A DNA stretch of 64,000 nt, taken from contig NC_068983.1 of assembly GCF_001194135.2 (NCBI RefSeq), forward strand, positions 116,692,247-116,756,246. Direction: 5' to 3'. Both the position numbers and the translations under genes were made by a program. Of this stretch, positions 12,180-25,199 are shown one piece after another. Position 1 is the stretch's first letter, and the number at the start of each line of letters is the position of its first letter. The notes below the pieces were generated by a model that was not told where the DNA came from, did not search any database, and saw nothing but the letters and a program-made list of their open reading frames with translations. Source of the stretch: Octopus bimaculoides. Taxonomy: Eukaryota.

Positions 12180-14640
12180 TTAGAAATATTAAGTTTAGGA
12201 AAGACGTTCTCAGGAATAATCACCTACGTTATTTGAAGCACAAAGTTAATGAACTTCGAAAATTAAAAGGTATAATCGTACAGTCCGATAACACCGGAAA
12301 TCTATACAATGTATATGTAGATCTATACCATAATCTCCTACAGAAAGAAATTACAAAAAATATAAGATTATAAACAATAATGTTCTAAAATCTATTAATA
12401 TCAAAGCCAAATAAATAATGAGTGAAGATCGAATTGACGACTTAACTGAAGTTTATGAACCATCTAAACCTAGAATTAGCCTAAAAGATCACAAGCCTAA
12501 CTTTCATGCTGATCCAAAGATAAGGCTCATCTACCCTTGCAAATCTGACATAGGAAAACTTAGCAAAATCATCATAGACAAATACCAAAAATTATTAAAA
12601 TCCAAAATAAAACTCCACTTGTGGTCAAAAACATTAGATGCAATTAACTGGTTCACTAATCTACAAGATAAGAAAAGACGTACATTCATCCAACTGGACA
12701 TAGACAACTATTACCAAACCCCATCGTACTAAATAAAGCACTTATCTTCGCCAAGAATAGGACTAAATTATCTCTGAAAGAAATAAAAATTATACTTGAA
12801 ACTAGAAAGACTATAATATTTCATGAAGGTAAATATTGGACCAGGAAAGATACACCAGACTGTTTCGATGTACCCATGGGTGCACAAGACTCCTCAGAGG
12901 TAACCGATTTAGTCGGGATTTACCTACTACACCAAATTAAAGAAGAATTCCCTGAATTGGAAGGTGGTCTTTACCGGGACGACGCTCTATTCTTAGTTAG
13001 AAATACTTCCTATATAAAACTTGAACTCTACAAAAAAAAAAAAAGGCTACATAATGTTTTCAAAAACCAAGAACTATCCATTACTATTGAAAAAAGATAA
13101 AAACTCTGCGAACTTTCTGGACGTTAATTCTTCGTCTCATTAGACTTACCATAAACCTATCAACAATATCATATACATAAACGCTCAAAGTAACCATCCT
13201 TATAACATTATAGAAAACCTGACCACTAACATAGAGAGAAGAACTAAACAACCACCTAATGAAGAAATATTTAACAAACATAAAGACTATTATAATCTAG
13301 CACTTAAGAAGGCAGGATATAAATATGAAATTAAGTACAATAAAAACGACAGCATCAATACTAATGATACCAAACTTTATCTTGAAATGAATAGCGTAGA
13401 TAATATTAGTGAACCGAAGTCACCTGATGAATTAGTACACCCCGATAAACATAAAAAAACTCTCAATGATAGTCATCAACATAACTTTAGCAAAAGACAC
13501 GGAAATCACAACTACAATAAACATACTAATAAACTTAATCAATACGAACACCATAACCATGAACTTTACTAAAAGAAAAACTAATATAAATTTTAGCAGT
13601 TCCCACCTTATTAACTACTCTAATACTAATATCAATAAACCCAAGAATACTGACAACAAACACCAAAACTGCTTAATTATAGATAAAGATAGGAATATTA
13701 AACCAATAAACAGAAAAAATGAAAATAATCTAAACTCACCTAATTCCTTCAAAACACATGACCATAGAACTGAAGTTAATGCAGATGGGAATAGAATAGC
13801 AAAAAAGAAGCCAATACCCTGTGTGAGAATAGCTGACCCCCACCCGAACACAACCCATCATTCCAAGAAGAAAATAGCAATAACACTACTTGGACCTTTT
13901 GCCAAATATCTAAAATCTAACTTTATTAGGTCCATGAGAATTATAATTAATAGAAACTTTAAAAACTCTAAATATGCAAAAATATTTAATAATAAAAAAC
14001 TTATATTTGGATTTTCGGTCTCTCCTAATCTTTTTAGGATAATCTCTTCTTTTAACAATAAGAAACTAGATCTATTCTATAATAAAAAAAAAACTTCGTT
14101 AAATGTACCTAGTACCTTCAGTAATCCTATAATTAACAACTGCTATTATGCTAATAACCATAACTCCATTATCCCTAATAAACATAGACATAACACCATA
14201 GTACCACCCGAAAATTTAAATTGCAATTGTAGAGACCCGAATAACTGTGAAGTAGATAGAAATTACAAAGTGAAAGAAGTTGTATACCAAGCAACTATTA
14301 TTATTCAGGACTTCTCTAAATATAAATACGTTGGTTGCAAGAAAACTTCTCTTAAATCGAAAGTTAATAAACATAAATCTTCTTTTAGGACCCTAGAAAA
14401 GAGAATAGCACAAGTCTATCTAAAAAGAAAAAAATGCCACCTCGAAAGAAACAATATTGATTTCTCAATTTCTTGGAAAATCCTATCCTCTTATAGATAT
14501 AATAATAACATTTATAGGTTATGTTTAGAAGAAAGCTATAGCCTAATGAGAATGAATGGAAAACTAGGGATGAAAGAGTTTCTCATGTAAGCACATGACC
14601 AAATTCCTTTTTATCAATCTTAAAAAAATTTTCACTCCCC
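12180..14640 (+). mobile_element. 5'-truncated Penelope-like retroelement (Naiad-like): RT plus C-terminal GIY-YIG endonuclease, frameshifted
   Basis: Motifs QSDNTGNLY, SLKDHKPNF...IRLIYPCKSDIGKLSK, FDVPMGAQDSSEVTDLVG, GLYRDD (12972-12983), SNHPYNII, then CNCRDPNNC...VVYQA...YVG...KHKSSF...ISWKIL and SCKHMTKF. These match Naiad-type PLE motifs from memory. Confidence 0.88.
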
Positions 14641-16438
14641 TCTTGCTTAGATTTGTTTTTGGTGTTTTTTAAAAATATTTCTATATTATCGTTTTCTATA
14701 AAAAACGATTACTCATCACATCCACTTTACATCACTATATCTTACACTATCTTGATATATGTTTTATTTATCTAATTTTGCCGTCTAACAATTGCACGAC
14801 TTTATCTACCTCTCCCTACATCTCCTTTTCTCTCACTATGTTTTTTTAAAATAATATCTTTCCTTAGTATATAATATATCTCTATATTTTTTGTGTTTAA
14901 TTTATTTTATTTGCATAATGTGCTCCACCATGACCGCAGTCACATGACTGAAACAAGTAAAGCAATAAAAATCTATGCCATTTTAATCCCGAGCAAGGCC
15001 AGGTATCTCTGCTAGTATACACACACACACACANNNNNNNNNNNNNNNNNNNNNNNNNNNNNNNNNNNNNNNNNNNNNNNNNNNNNNNNNNNNNNNNNNN
15101 NNNNNNNNNNNNNNNNNNNNNNNNNNNNNNNNNNNNNNNNNNNNNNNNNNNNNNNNNNNNNNNNNNNNNNNNNNNNNNNNNNNNNNNNNNNNNNNNNNNN
15201 NNNNNNNNNNNNNNNNNNNATATATATATATATATATATATAACAAGAGGAATGAGAGTAACTATACTGGAGATCATAACCCTGGCATTGATGGTTTCTG
15301 TAGGCTATCACTTGTTTCATTAGCCATTCATTAAAAAAAAATACACATCTAATATGACAGTATTTATGTCCGTATTTATGACTGCATAAGTGATATGAGT
15401 ATACTAGCAAGAGCCAGTCAGTGGACCACAGAATACAATCTATGACACACCACTAGGCAGTGTCATATTACAATCCACGAATAGCCAATAATAACTTAAT
15501 TGTGTGTGCGAACCTATGTGTGACAGACCTCGCGGGTGTGCGTGTGCGTTTGTACCAACGAGTGTACGTGCACCAGACACGTATATGTGGGAATTTATAC
15601 AGCCATATCTACTAACGGTTATATCAAAGACTTATCTCTCTGTATTGTGCATTTGTTTCCTTTTGTATCTGATATTTGTTATGAATATTCTATAAGAAGG
15701 AAGCCGTATCTCTTAATTTTTCATTTCTATATACGAAAACCAAAAAGATACCTTGCGAAACAGGAGGAGACAAATCTACACCGAGGGATACACATAAACT
15801 ACTAAACCAGTCGTATAGTTCCCTAGCCGCGAGGGATAGGTGCTAGATGGGTCGAAATAATTGTAGTGGTCAATGAAGATTCTCGTATCTTCCATCCTCC
15901 GTCTCTCTCATCATATNNNNNNNNNNNNNNNNNNNNNNNNNNNNNNNNNNNNNNNNNNNNNNNNNNNNNNNNNNNNNNNNNNNNNNNNNNNNNNNNNNNN
16001 NNNNNNNNNNNNNNNNNNNNNNNNNNNNNNNNNNNNNNNNNNNNNNNNNNNNNNNNNNNNNNNNNNNNNNNNNNNNNNNNNNNNNNNNNNNNNNNNNNNN
16101 NNNNNNNNNNNNNNNNNNNNNNNNNNNNNNNNNNNNNNNNNNNNNNNNNNNNNNNNNNNNNNNNNNNNNNNNNNNNNNNNNNAAGGCAGAATGCTAAACT
16201 GAAAGCATATTTTAATATAAATGGGTGTAACAAAGATTAAAAAGGGTTTCAAACCGGCTTTCATTGCATGGCAAATTTTCAAGATAAGAAAGGGGAAAAA
16301 AATATATATTTGACAAGTTCGAAAGACGAACGAAAGCGCTAATATATGTATAAAATAAATGAAAGAAGTTATTCCAAAATTCTGACGACTTTTTTTTTTC
16401 AATATTTAATTCTGTACATCACACCTAACACTCTACAG

Positions 16439-16508
<70 letters not shown>

Positions 16509-17055
16509 GTGTGTGTGTATGTATACATATACTATGCATACATACATATATACAGTATATTATGAGGATACAAATCAAAATCTCGTGAAGCGCATTCCGG
16601 TGATCAATTGCGTGTATGCAGGCGTTTTATTTTAAATGAGAATATTATACATATGAAATGAAATTCTCGAAGAATTAAATTTGCAGAGTAAGTATGTATT
16701 AAAACAATGATTGAAATATTTGGTGCCGGTGTTATGTTGTGTTAGACGTATTTCATTACAAGTTGAAGAACACATTTTTTTAAATATAAATGTTTATATT
16801 AATAATAATATATGATGAATTCATTACAGATATTTTATATACATATATAAACATGTAGAAATCTCCAAACTATAAATAATATTTTGAATCTACATCTGGA
16901 GATTTGCAGTTGGGAGATGTTTTACATCTTTATACATGTATGTATATTTATGTTACGAATTTGTTATATTCATGCTGTCATTAATATTGATACTAATATT
17001 CATAAAATATATTTTCCATATTGAAATGAAACATCTGTTACACAGAATTAAAATG

Positions 17056-17837
17056 ACACCATCCTACGTGGATATCCCCTTACCACTATCCTCACCGCCC
17101 TTGCCAGAGCACGTTCCCTGGACCGTGCATCTGCTCTTTCCCCACGCATCCACCCTACAAACTCCTGTCTCCTGTTTCTCCTTACCTACCGCCCCACCAT
17201 CCTACCTCTCTAACGCACCATTCTCCGAGCCTTCCGGCGACGCTGGTCCGACTCCTCTCTCCTTCAAATGAGCCCACAACTTACGAGACCTCTTGGTCCA
17301 CAGCTTCTTACCTAACCCAACATCCCAACCCAGTTCGTTCCTCTGCTCCCACCCACGCTGCCGTACTTGCCCTTACCTCTTCAACACCACCCTCCTCACC
17401 GGCACCCATCATAGACCCTATCATATCACCGAATCCTTTACCTGCACTTCTACTAATGTCATCTACTGCATCTCCTGCTCTCTCTGCCCTTCTCTATACA
17501 TCCGGCAAACGGGACGCCGCTTGGCTGACCGGTTCACGAAACACCTCCGAAACATCTGGCTCAGCAATGAGTCAGATGTTTCCGCTTTACCGGTCACTCT
17601 TTGCAACACCTGTCTGTGTTCGGATTGTCCTTGCACAGGGGCCATCCTGACTCCCATTTTCGCGTGAACAGGGATTAATCTTCTCTCTTCGCTCCTTTGA
17701 GCTATACAGGCTCAACTCTCCTCCCCTCTTCATCTAACCCTCCCTCTCTCCTCTCTCCCACCCCCTCTCCTCTCTCCCTCTCCTCTCTCCCTCTCACACC
17801 TACTTCCTCCCATCCACCGATGGGAGGAAGTAGGTGT
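17056..17837 (+). mobile_element. 3' fragment of a Penelope-like element (Neptune-like): RT thumb, Zn-finger linker, GIY-YIG, C-rich tail
   Basis: LRGYPLTTILTALARARSLDR...LTYRP, NLRDLLVHS, CSHPRCRTCPY, FTCTSTNVIYCISCSLCPSLYIRQTGRRLADRFTKH. Confidence 0.88.
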
Positions 17838-18790
17838 CCGATTTCGACATCATCCTTCAAAACAGTCCCCTGCTAAAAAGGGACCACAGAATGAACTAAT
17901 CCTCCAAACACACACCATCATAAAAAGCAAGTGGCAGCCCAAATCTATGAAAAGTATCCTAACACAAGCCCGAATAAGCTCAACAACAACACTGAAGCCA
18001 TTAGTAAAAAAATGTGGAAGACCCAACTGTGGGATATGCGTCAATTTAATTGAGGGAGTTCTCCTTCACTGTGGAAAGCAGCTTCACATGTGCTTCGGAG
18101 AACCTGATATACGCACTAACCTGCTCTGGGTGTCAAGAGCAATACAAAGGCCAAACAAAAACCAGTCTACGTCAAAGGATGACTCTGCACAAATTCCCCA
18201 AAACAGAAAAATAGCATTCAGCCAACACATCGACATTTGCGTCAATAACAAAAATCCAAGCTTCAGAATGTTTCCCCTCTACCAATTCAGGGACGATACA
18301 ACTTGTAGCCAACGAATTAGTTAAGAGGCTCTCTTTATTACAAAATGCAGACACCTTTTGAACGCATCTACAACAAACGACATATCCACCACGGCCTTAG
18401 AATAACACAAACACATACGCAAATATCAAAAATGATACATTCAAGAGATACCCAAGAATTCATTAAAAACCAGTCCCAATCACTGCTATAATCCACAACG
18501 AGCCACTTTTAGGTCACTTGACCATTTAACATCCTACTACTATCATACCACCCGCTTTCCCTTATTATTCTCTCTTCTCTTTCTCTTTTTTGTTCTTCGT
18601 CTTCTTCCTTTCCACTACCTCCTTCCTTAATTTACTACTATTGCTGTTTAAAATAACACCTACGCGAATATTATTAACAATACATTCAAAAGCGATGTCT
18701 CAAGAATTCAATCACTACTACCATCCACAAGTCACTTTCAGGGCACTTGACCATTTAGCATCCTACTACTATCATAGCACTCCTGCATTA

Positions 18791-18832
18791 TTCTTCTTCT
18801 TCTTCTTCTTCTTCTTCTTCTTCTTCTTCTTC

Positions 18833-18862
<30 letters not shown>
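18791..18862. repeat. (TTC)n microsatellite
   Basis: Direct reading; explains the poly-Phe and poly-Arg ORFs. Confidence 0.98.
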
Positions 18863-18863
<1 letters not shown>

Positions 18864-19024
18864 CTGCCAAGAATTCACAACGACTTCGAATCCACAAGAG
18901 TAAACAAGAGAGACAGAGACAGGCAGAAACAAGGAAAATGCCCGTTGTATTTGAATACTATGCAAATATTCTTTTAAAAACTTTTCATTTAATTTTTCCA
19001 AAATTTGATTGTTTTCCATGCTTA

Positions 19025-19060
19025 CTGCTGAAAAAGTCTCAATGACTGAAACCGGTACTG
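19025..19060 (+). ncRNA. Degenerate minimal hammerhead ribozyme in PLE 3' region
   Basis: CUGAAAA (G8 mutated to A), stem II AGUC/GACU with UCAAU loop, GAAA, palindromic ACCGGU, UA, CUG. Confidence 0.55.
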
Positions 19061-19310
19061 AAATGTTTTTATAAAATTATTTTAGCATTTTCTAATTTTN
19101 NNNNNNNNNNNNNNNNNNNNNNNNNNNNNNNNNNNNNNNNNNNNNNNNNNNNNNNNNNNNNNNNNNNNNNNNNNNNNNNNNNNNNNNNNNNNNNNNNNNN
19201 NNNNNNNNNNNNNNNNNNNNNNNNNNNNNNNNNNNNNNNNNNNNNNNNNNNNNNNNNNNNNNNNNNNNNNNNNNNNNNNNNNNNNNNNNNNNNNNNNNNN
19301 NNNNNNNNNN

Positions 19311-19344
<34 letters not shown>

Positions 19345-20054
19345 GTAAGATGCAAGGGTCAAGGTGTAGGAAGTTAGTAAGCTTGGAACAGTCAGAAGAA
19401 CAGTCATTAGTGGCTTATTAGCGTAAAAGATTTTAAATTGTTCCAAAATCGAAATTCGATAAGCTGAAAATAGTTATTTCGTAAGTCACAGTTGGCAACT
19501 GGGCTGGTTGTGTATGCGAATAAAAATCCAAATTTAGGGAATGGAGTAGATAAAATCCAGGCTACATTTGTTTCATAGCCAGCAGAACCTCGGAAGAAGT
19601 AATTAACCGGTTATCTAGCCAGTCGTCAAGCCAATGACACCTTAGGCAAATGAAGTTACGTTGTCATCAAGGGATCTGATGTTATCTCGTAGGGCATTTG
19701 ATCGAAAATGCGTTGAAAGCACTGAGTTACCTCAACCTAAATTCACAAAGACATTTCCCTAGCCAGCTTCAATAATACCAAATTTTCCTCTTACTTTTTC
19801 CCTCTCTTTTTCTTTATTCATATTCTTATTCGTTTCCTTAACAAATTTAGATATTTACTCACTTGAATATATTATTTTTTCAGAAACATGTTTAATTTTT
19901 GTTCTCACACATTGTACTTTCCACGCATTTTCGATCAAATCTCCTGCAAGCTAACATGGGATCCTTAGAGGTTTTGCAAGAAATCACTGTTCTCGTCAAT
20001 GAAATATTCTCTTCTTCATGGATATTAGACAAAATTTGTATTTTCTCGTTACAG

Positions 20055-20360
20055 GATGAAGTATCTGATAAAAGATGTGAAGGATTCCAAGCTGGATTAT
20101 TTGATAAATTTGTCAAGAAAAGCTTGGACCATTTGGATACTATATATAATCCTAGTAACAACTCTGGCTTTTGTGGCTAATTTTGTCACCATTAATGGAA
20201 CTTTTATATTTGATGATCGCGAGGCCTTAGTGAAAAATGCAGATGTCAACAATCTAAGAACACCGATAACAAGTGTGTTCGTTCATGATTTTTGGGGCAA
20301 GAATATCTCTTCTCCCGAAAGTCATAAATCTTATCGACCAATTACCATTATTGCATTAAG
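20055..20360 (+). CDS. TMTC4: TMTC-family protein O-mannosyltransferase exon (TM1 and first luminal loop)
   Basis: Acceptor ttttctcgttacag|G and donor TAAG|gtaagt. Translates MKYLIK...ILYIILVTTLAFVANF...GTFIFDDREALVKNADV...HDFWGKNISSPESHKSYRPITIIAL, matching the TMTC signatures F(V/I)FDD, DFWG and SHKSYRP. ATG 20056 could be the start codon if exon 9920 is not real. Confidence 0.95.
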
Positions 20361-20664
20361 GTAAGTCATCTCTTATCTTTTATATAGTTTATGAAAATCA
20401 GATACCTTATCAAATATATTTTTGACGAAATTTAAATACCATTGCATTATTCATTTGTTTTTCGTCCATATTTGCTGGGTTACGAATTTTGGAATGGAAA
20501 TAAAATTCAAAGACTCGTACATACATAAGGAAGCACATATCTTTTCCATATAAAATAGTATATCACTAAGAGATTATTCATGATATGGAGAAAGAGGTAT
20601 AAATTTGAACCATAGGAATCTACTGAGAAATTGACAAAAATAATATCTTGATCTGAAATATATA

Positions 20665-21045
20665 TTTATTTCTTTATTACCCACAGGGGGCTAGACATAG
20701 AGAGGACAAACAAGGACAGACAGAGGGATTAAATCGATTACATCGACCCCAGTGTGTAACTAGTACTTATTTAATCGACCCTGAAAGGTAAAGTCGACCT
20801 CGGCGAAATTTGAACTCAGGGCAGACGAAATACCTATTTCTTTACTGCCCACAAGGGGCTACACACAGAGGGGACAAACAAGGGCAGACAAACGGATTAA
20901 GTCGATTATATCGACCCCAGTGCGTAACTGGTACGTAACTGGCACTTAATTTATCGACCCCGAAAGGATGAAAGGCAAAGTCGACCAGACGAAATACCGC
21001 TTAGTATTTCGCCTGGTGTGCTAACGATTCTGCCAGCTCGCTGCC
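20665..21045 (-). mobile_element. Tandem/nested pair of SINE family A copies
   Basis: The unit tatttcttta(t/c)t(a/g)cccaca...gtcgatta(c/t)atcgaccccagtg(t/c)gtaact occurs twice. Confidence 0.85.
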
Positions 21046-21506
21046 ATTCTGGAATATATATTTTAAAACTATCTGATCAGTAGAGAAATCATATAAATTA
21101 GATATGTTATTCATTAAGTTTGTATTGTGGAACATTAAAAAAAAATTATAGCTAAATGATATATTGAAATATAGCCGCGTGTCAAAACCTATATTGATTT
21201 AATCTATAGTAAAAAAATGATAAAGTTTAAGGAAGAAGGAAACCAGTCACGAACGAGAATGAAAACGTTTTGAAACGCTGGTACTTGTCAGAGGGCGCAT
21301 TCGATCTCTGTATTAGCACTTCCATGCTTCTTCAAATTTGTCCCTGTTCTCCCGGGTCAATATATATTTGCTGTGTGTAATGGCATTTTCGTTGTATAAT
21401 TCTGCAAAGTACTTTGATGATTGCTTCTTATTTTAATGTACCTTGGTTGTCATTGTTATTTTTCGTGACAGTCGATGCTTCATTCTTCGCCATTTCTGGT
21501 TTCACT

Positions 21507-21589
21507 TTATCCGCATAGGCCCAGGCGTTTATCCGCATAGGCCTAGGCTCTTATCCGCATAGGTCCACTCTTTATCAGCATAGGCCTAC
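21507..21589. repeat. Minisatellite of about 22 bp, 4 copies
   Basis: Core ttatc(c/a)gcatagg at 21507, 21529, 21551, 21572. Confidence 0.9.
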
Positions 21590-24419
21590 ATGGTTCAAAG
21601 TAGGTGGAAAGGTGAATAGTGTGAAAGATGGTTGAATAGATATGTAACTTTGGATAGGTAGAGAGATAGATAAGTGGATAGTTGTGAAGGTAACTAGATA
21701 CATAGATATATAGAGATACAAATATACAATTGTTGATAAATAGATACAAAGGAAGACATACTGTTGAATAGAGTCATGGCAGGATTTGGGTGGCATGTGT
21801 TGTGTCAGAAACTTGTTAGATGTGCACTGTTGAATCAGTGGTAATATTTCAAAAAATACTGTTAAGCCTTGGGAGAGACATTATTTAATACATAATGCCT
21901 CTCCCAAGATTTAATAGTATTTCTTTCAACACACGTATTCACATCAAGTATCTTGCACACCAAATACACATACGAAATTGCAAAAAATATTATTTATAAT
22001 TTTAGAACTTCATTTGGAAGAAAAAATAATGCTTCCTTCTTGAATCGGTTTGCTGATGTAAGCTATTCCATCATATCAGAATTACGTGGATTTTCCAAGA
22101 TACAGTTCTATTATTTCATTAGGTACATGTTCTAAAAGACAAGCTTTGATGTGTGCAACAAACATTTTAGATTTCGAATTTGACTTCGTATATTTTTATA
22201 TTTAGATCACAACGCATCTGCATTGTACACAGATTTCGTCATACTAGTCTTTAGCAATATATTACAGATACAGTAGTTCTTTTTAGAAGTAACACAAGAC
22301 CACACAAATTCGGTAAAGGTATAGTCAACTAAAACAATTCTAATACTTCACCAGTACTTCATCAACATAGGAAGACTGAGTACTCTTAGGACTCTGCCTG
22401 TCGTCTCTTATACGCACACTATATTAACACCATAAATTTAATGCGATATATAGTAAATCAAATCTGATATGTACGGCTTCGAAACAGTTGGTTATCTCTA
22501 CTCAAAGATATACTACACTACTGAATCGAGATAACAAAAAGTTATTCAGACATTGTTGAATTTTGGAATAGTTACCAGTTTGTATAAATTCTGTATAAAT
22601 GTTTAAAATAATTTTATAACTTTACTATTAATATTTTTAATATCCTATAATTTCTAGCTTTAGTAATACAATCTTAGATGGCTTAATTCAAATATATTCA
22701 TTCCTAACATGGAACATTCAGATCAGATATCTTTAATGCTTCAATAGTTTCAATTTATTTCAGGAAATTCCTTTAGTTAATTTCTTTTGACCCAAATATC
22801 CTCAGTTTCTTAGTAATTTCCTCGTTTTCATCTAAATGTTATAACTTCCGACATTATATGTATAAATCAAGTATTAATTATATTTACTAAATTCCAAATA
22901 AAAAGACTATTTTGTCATATAATTGCATAACACTTGTTCTGCAACATTAATATTTCTTAAAGGCTGTGACCTGGCAGACTCGTTAGCGCCGGGCAAATAA
23001 TTGGCATTTCGTCCGTCTTTACGTTCAAATTCCGCCGTGGTCGACTTTGCTTTTCATCCTTCTAGAGTAGATTAAATGAGTTCCAGTTTAGCACTGGAGT
23101 TGATTTTATCGATTTAATCTGCCCTTCGAAATTACTGTAGTCATTCCATAAACTTCGTTAAAATGAGTATTACAATCCCAAGAAGAAAATTATTATATTC
23201 TGAGGTATATACACATAGATCCACTCATACATACACAAGCTGTCTGTCTGCCTGTTTGTCTGTCTCTCTTTCAATATATATATATCATAAGTAAAGAGTG
23301 TAGTTGTGGGCATTACGTATATTCTATGGTATTTAGTTGCTTCAACAACTTGTATGCGACTTGTCAATCATCATGTTTATAGACACATTGATAATAACTA
23401 TTTAGTCTTGCACATTATGTACTACATTTTACATACTAACATCAGGAGTCATTTAATTTATAACCGATAGGTGTAATATTCATCGAACTGTTATGATTAA
23501 ATGATTATTAGTCTTATTTTTTTCGAACTTCAATGTACGTAACTACAAATAAATAGTATGCAAATAAAGATTATGTGATTTTATATACGAGCCTGACCCG
23601 AAATAAATACCTATTTGTCGCTTGTATTCAGCTTTTATAATATCAGAAAGTGGACAGCCTAATAAACTTGGTGTTCATTCCGGACTACAATAAAAACAAT
23701 ATACGCTAACGATTCACTAGTTAATTGTAAGAGAATCATGCTGCTTATAATACTAAATTGTGCCTAATTCTAGTTTCTTGATGGTAAGTGTTCTAACGTT
23801 ATATAAATGGTAGATCAATCAGATATCCAAATAAAATATTCAGTCATGAATAGTTACATAACGTTCAATTATTGGAGCCCTGTTAGCAGAGTCGAAATAA
23901 CAAATATGATTTACTGAAATCAATAGGATACATGCGATCAAACACATTTGACTTGTAACAACTAATTACTATCATGTAATTAAGGATGAAAAGCTATGAG
24001 CTATGTCTGCATAAAATGATTTAAGACAAACAAAATATAAATTAATGCATTTATCTCACAACTATTGGCAATGAATCAAAAGCGTTGTTTAACATGGACA
24101 CGTCATTGAGTATTAAGAAAGAACGCTCTACAGTAATCGTGATAGCGAAATGGTTTATTCCAGGTTGAAGCCAAGCAATTTCCGAATTATTACTAATACA
24201 AGAACAGATATGACAAATCTTATCTGCAATTATAAATTTGTAGGCGTGTCTCTATAAGAAAACTATAATTTGTGTGAATCATTTATACCAGGTTTTCAAT
24301 AATTGCTTTTAATGCAAATCAAAAGTCATCAAGTAAACGGCTATGACACAGTGTTTTGTAAGTTGTTTTATATCGTGTATGAGCAAGTTACTATTCAAAA
24401 CAAATTCTTTCAATTTCAG

Positions 24420-24609
24420 GCTACAGCATCATTTATTTGGGTCTCTAAATCCCAAAAGCTTTCATAAATTTAATATTGGACTCCACGTTCTAAACTCCTT
24501 AATGTGCCTAGGCGTAACAGCCACAATTTGGGGAAAGACGGAGAAGTATAAAGAAGGAATTTTACTTGCTTCTTCCCTTTTTGCTGTGCATCCAATTCAC
24601 ACGGAAACA
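24420..24609 (+). CDS. TMTC4: TMTC-family exon (LQHHLFGSLNPKSFHKFNIGLH...LFAVHPIHTET)
   Basis: Acceptor caatttcag|G and donor ACA|gtaagt. The phase-2 entry matches the previous exon. Contains the TMTC motif LFAVHP(I/V)HTE. Confidence 0.95.
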
Positions 24610-25199
24610 GTAAGTATATTTATAAATTAAATGACAATTTACTATAATCTATCCATACACTCTTTCGGGAGCGGGATATTTGAACTATTTGAAAATATTT
24701 TAATACATTTTATGTACATAGACACATGCATACTCACAAATATACATAACTTAATTTGCCAAAATACCTTTAAAAAAACGCATAAAATATGTCTGAGAAA
24801 AAATCTCATTATGTTGTTTCAATATATGCTACATGTTTTATATTTTTCTTGTTTTCTTATGATTTATTCAACTTTTAATTAACTACTTCCCAACATTTGA
24901 ACTGTATTTCCTGAATCATATGATAATTAGCAGGACATTTTGTAATCATAGATAGGAAGCAATATTGAATCATCAATGAATATAATCTTTGCTGAAGCTC
25001 ATTTAATTCATATCCTTCGAGTATAGGTTGGAACACTGGTTGTCTATATTCTCTCATAAATGTTACATCCGAAATATGTAGACTTTACATCAAGACGGAG
25101 ATCGTTTAAGTATTAAAAGGTGACAAAAACACTGCACAAAAGCGTATATAACTTTATTATCGCCATGATTTTGGTCTTTGTAATTGTAATTCGGCCTTG

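Larger units (their letters stand above)
17838..19075 (+). mobile_element. 3' fragment of a second, different Neptune-like Penelope element, with 3' UTR and hammerhead relic
   Basis: SKWQPKSMKSILTQAR...KKCGRPNCGIC, then with frameshift FTCASENLIYALTCSGCQEQYKGQTKTSLRQRMTLH...FSQHIDIC...FPLYQF. Coding ends near 18370. The 3' boundary is inferred from the HHR-like motif at 19025-19060. Confidence 0.8.

Noticed and set aside
12180-14640. Selenoprotein-encoding Naiad (in-frame UGA at Cys plus SECIS), as reported for some spider and clam Naiads
   Set aside because: The Cys positions I could check are TGY or mutated to TAY, not TGA, and I saw no SECIS-like motif on the coding strand.
21507-21589. 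CRISPR-like array
   Set aside because: Eukaryotic context, very short similar spacers and no cas genes.
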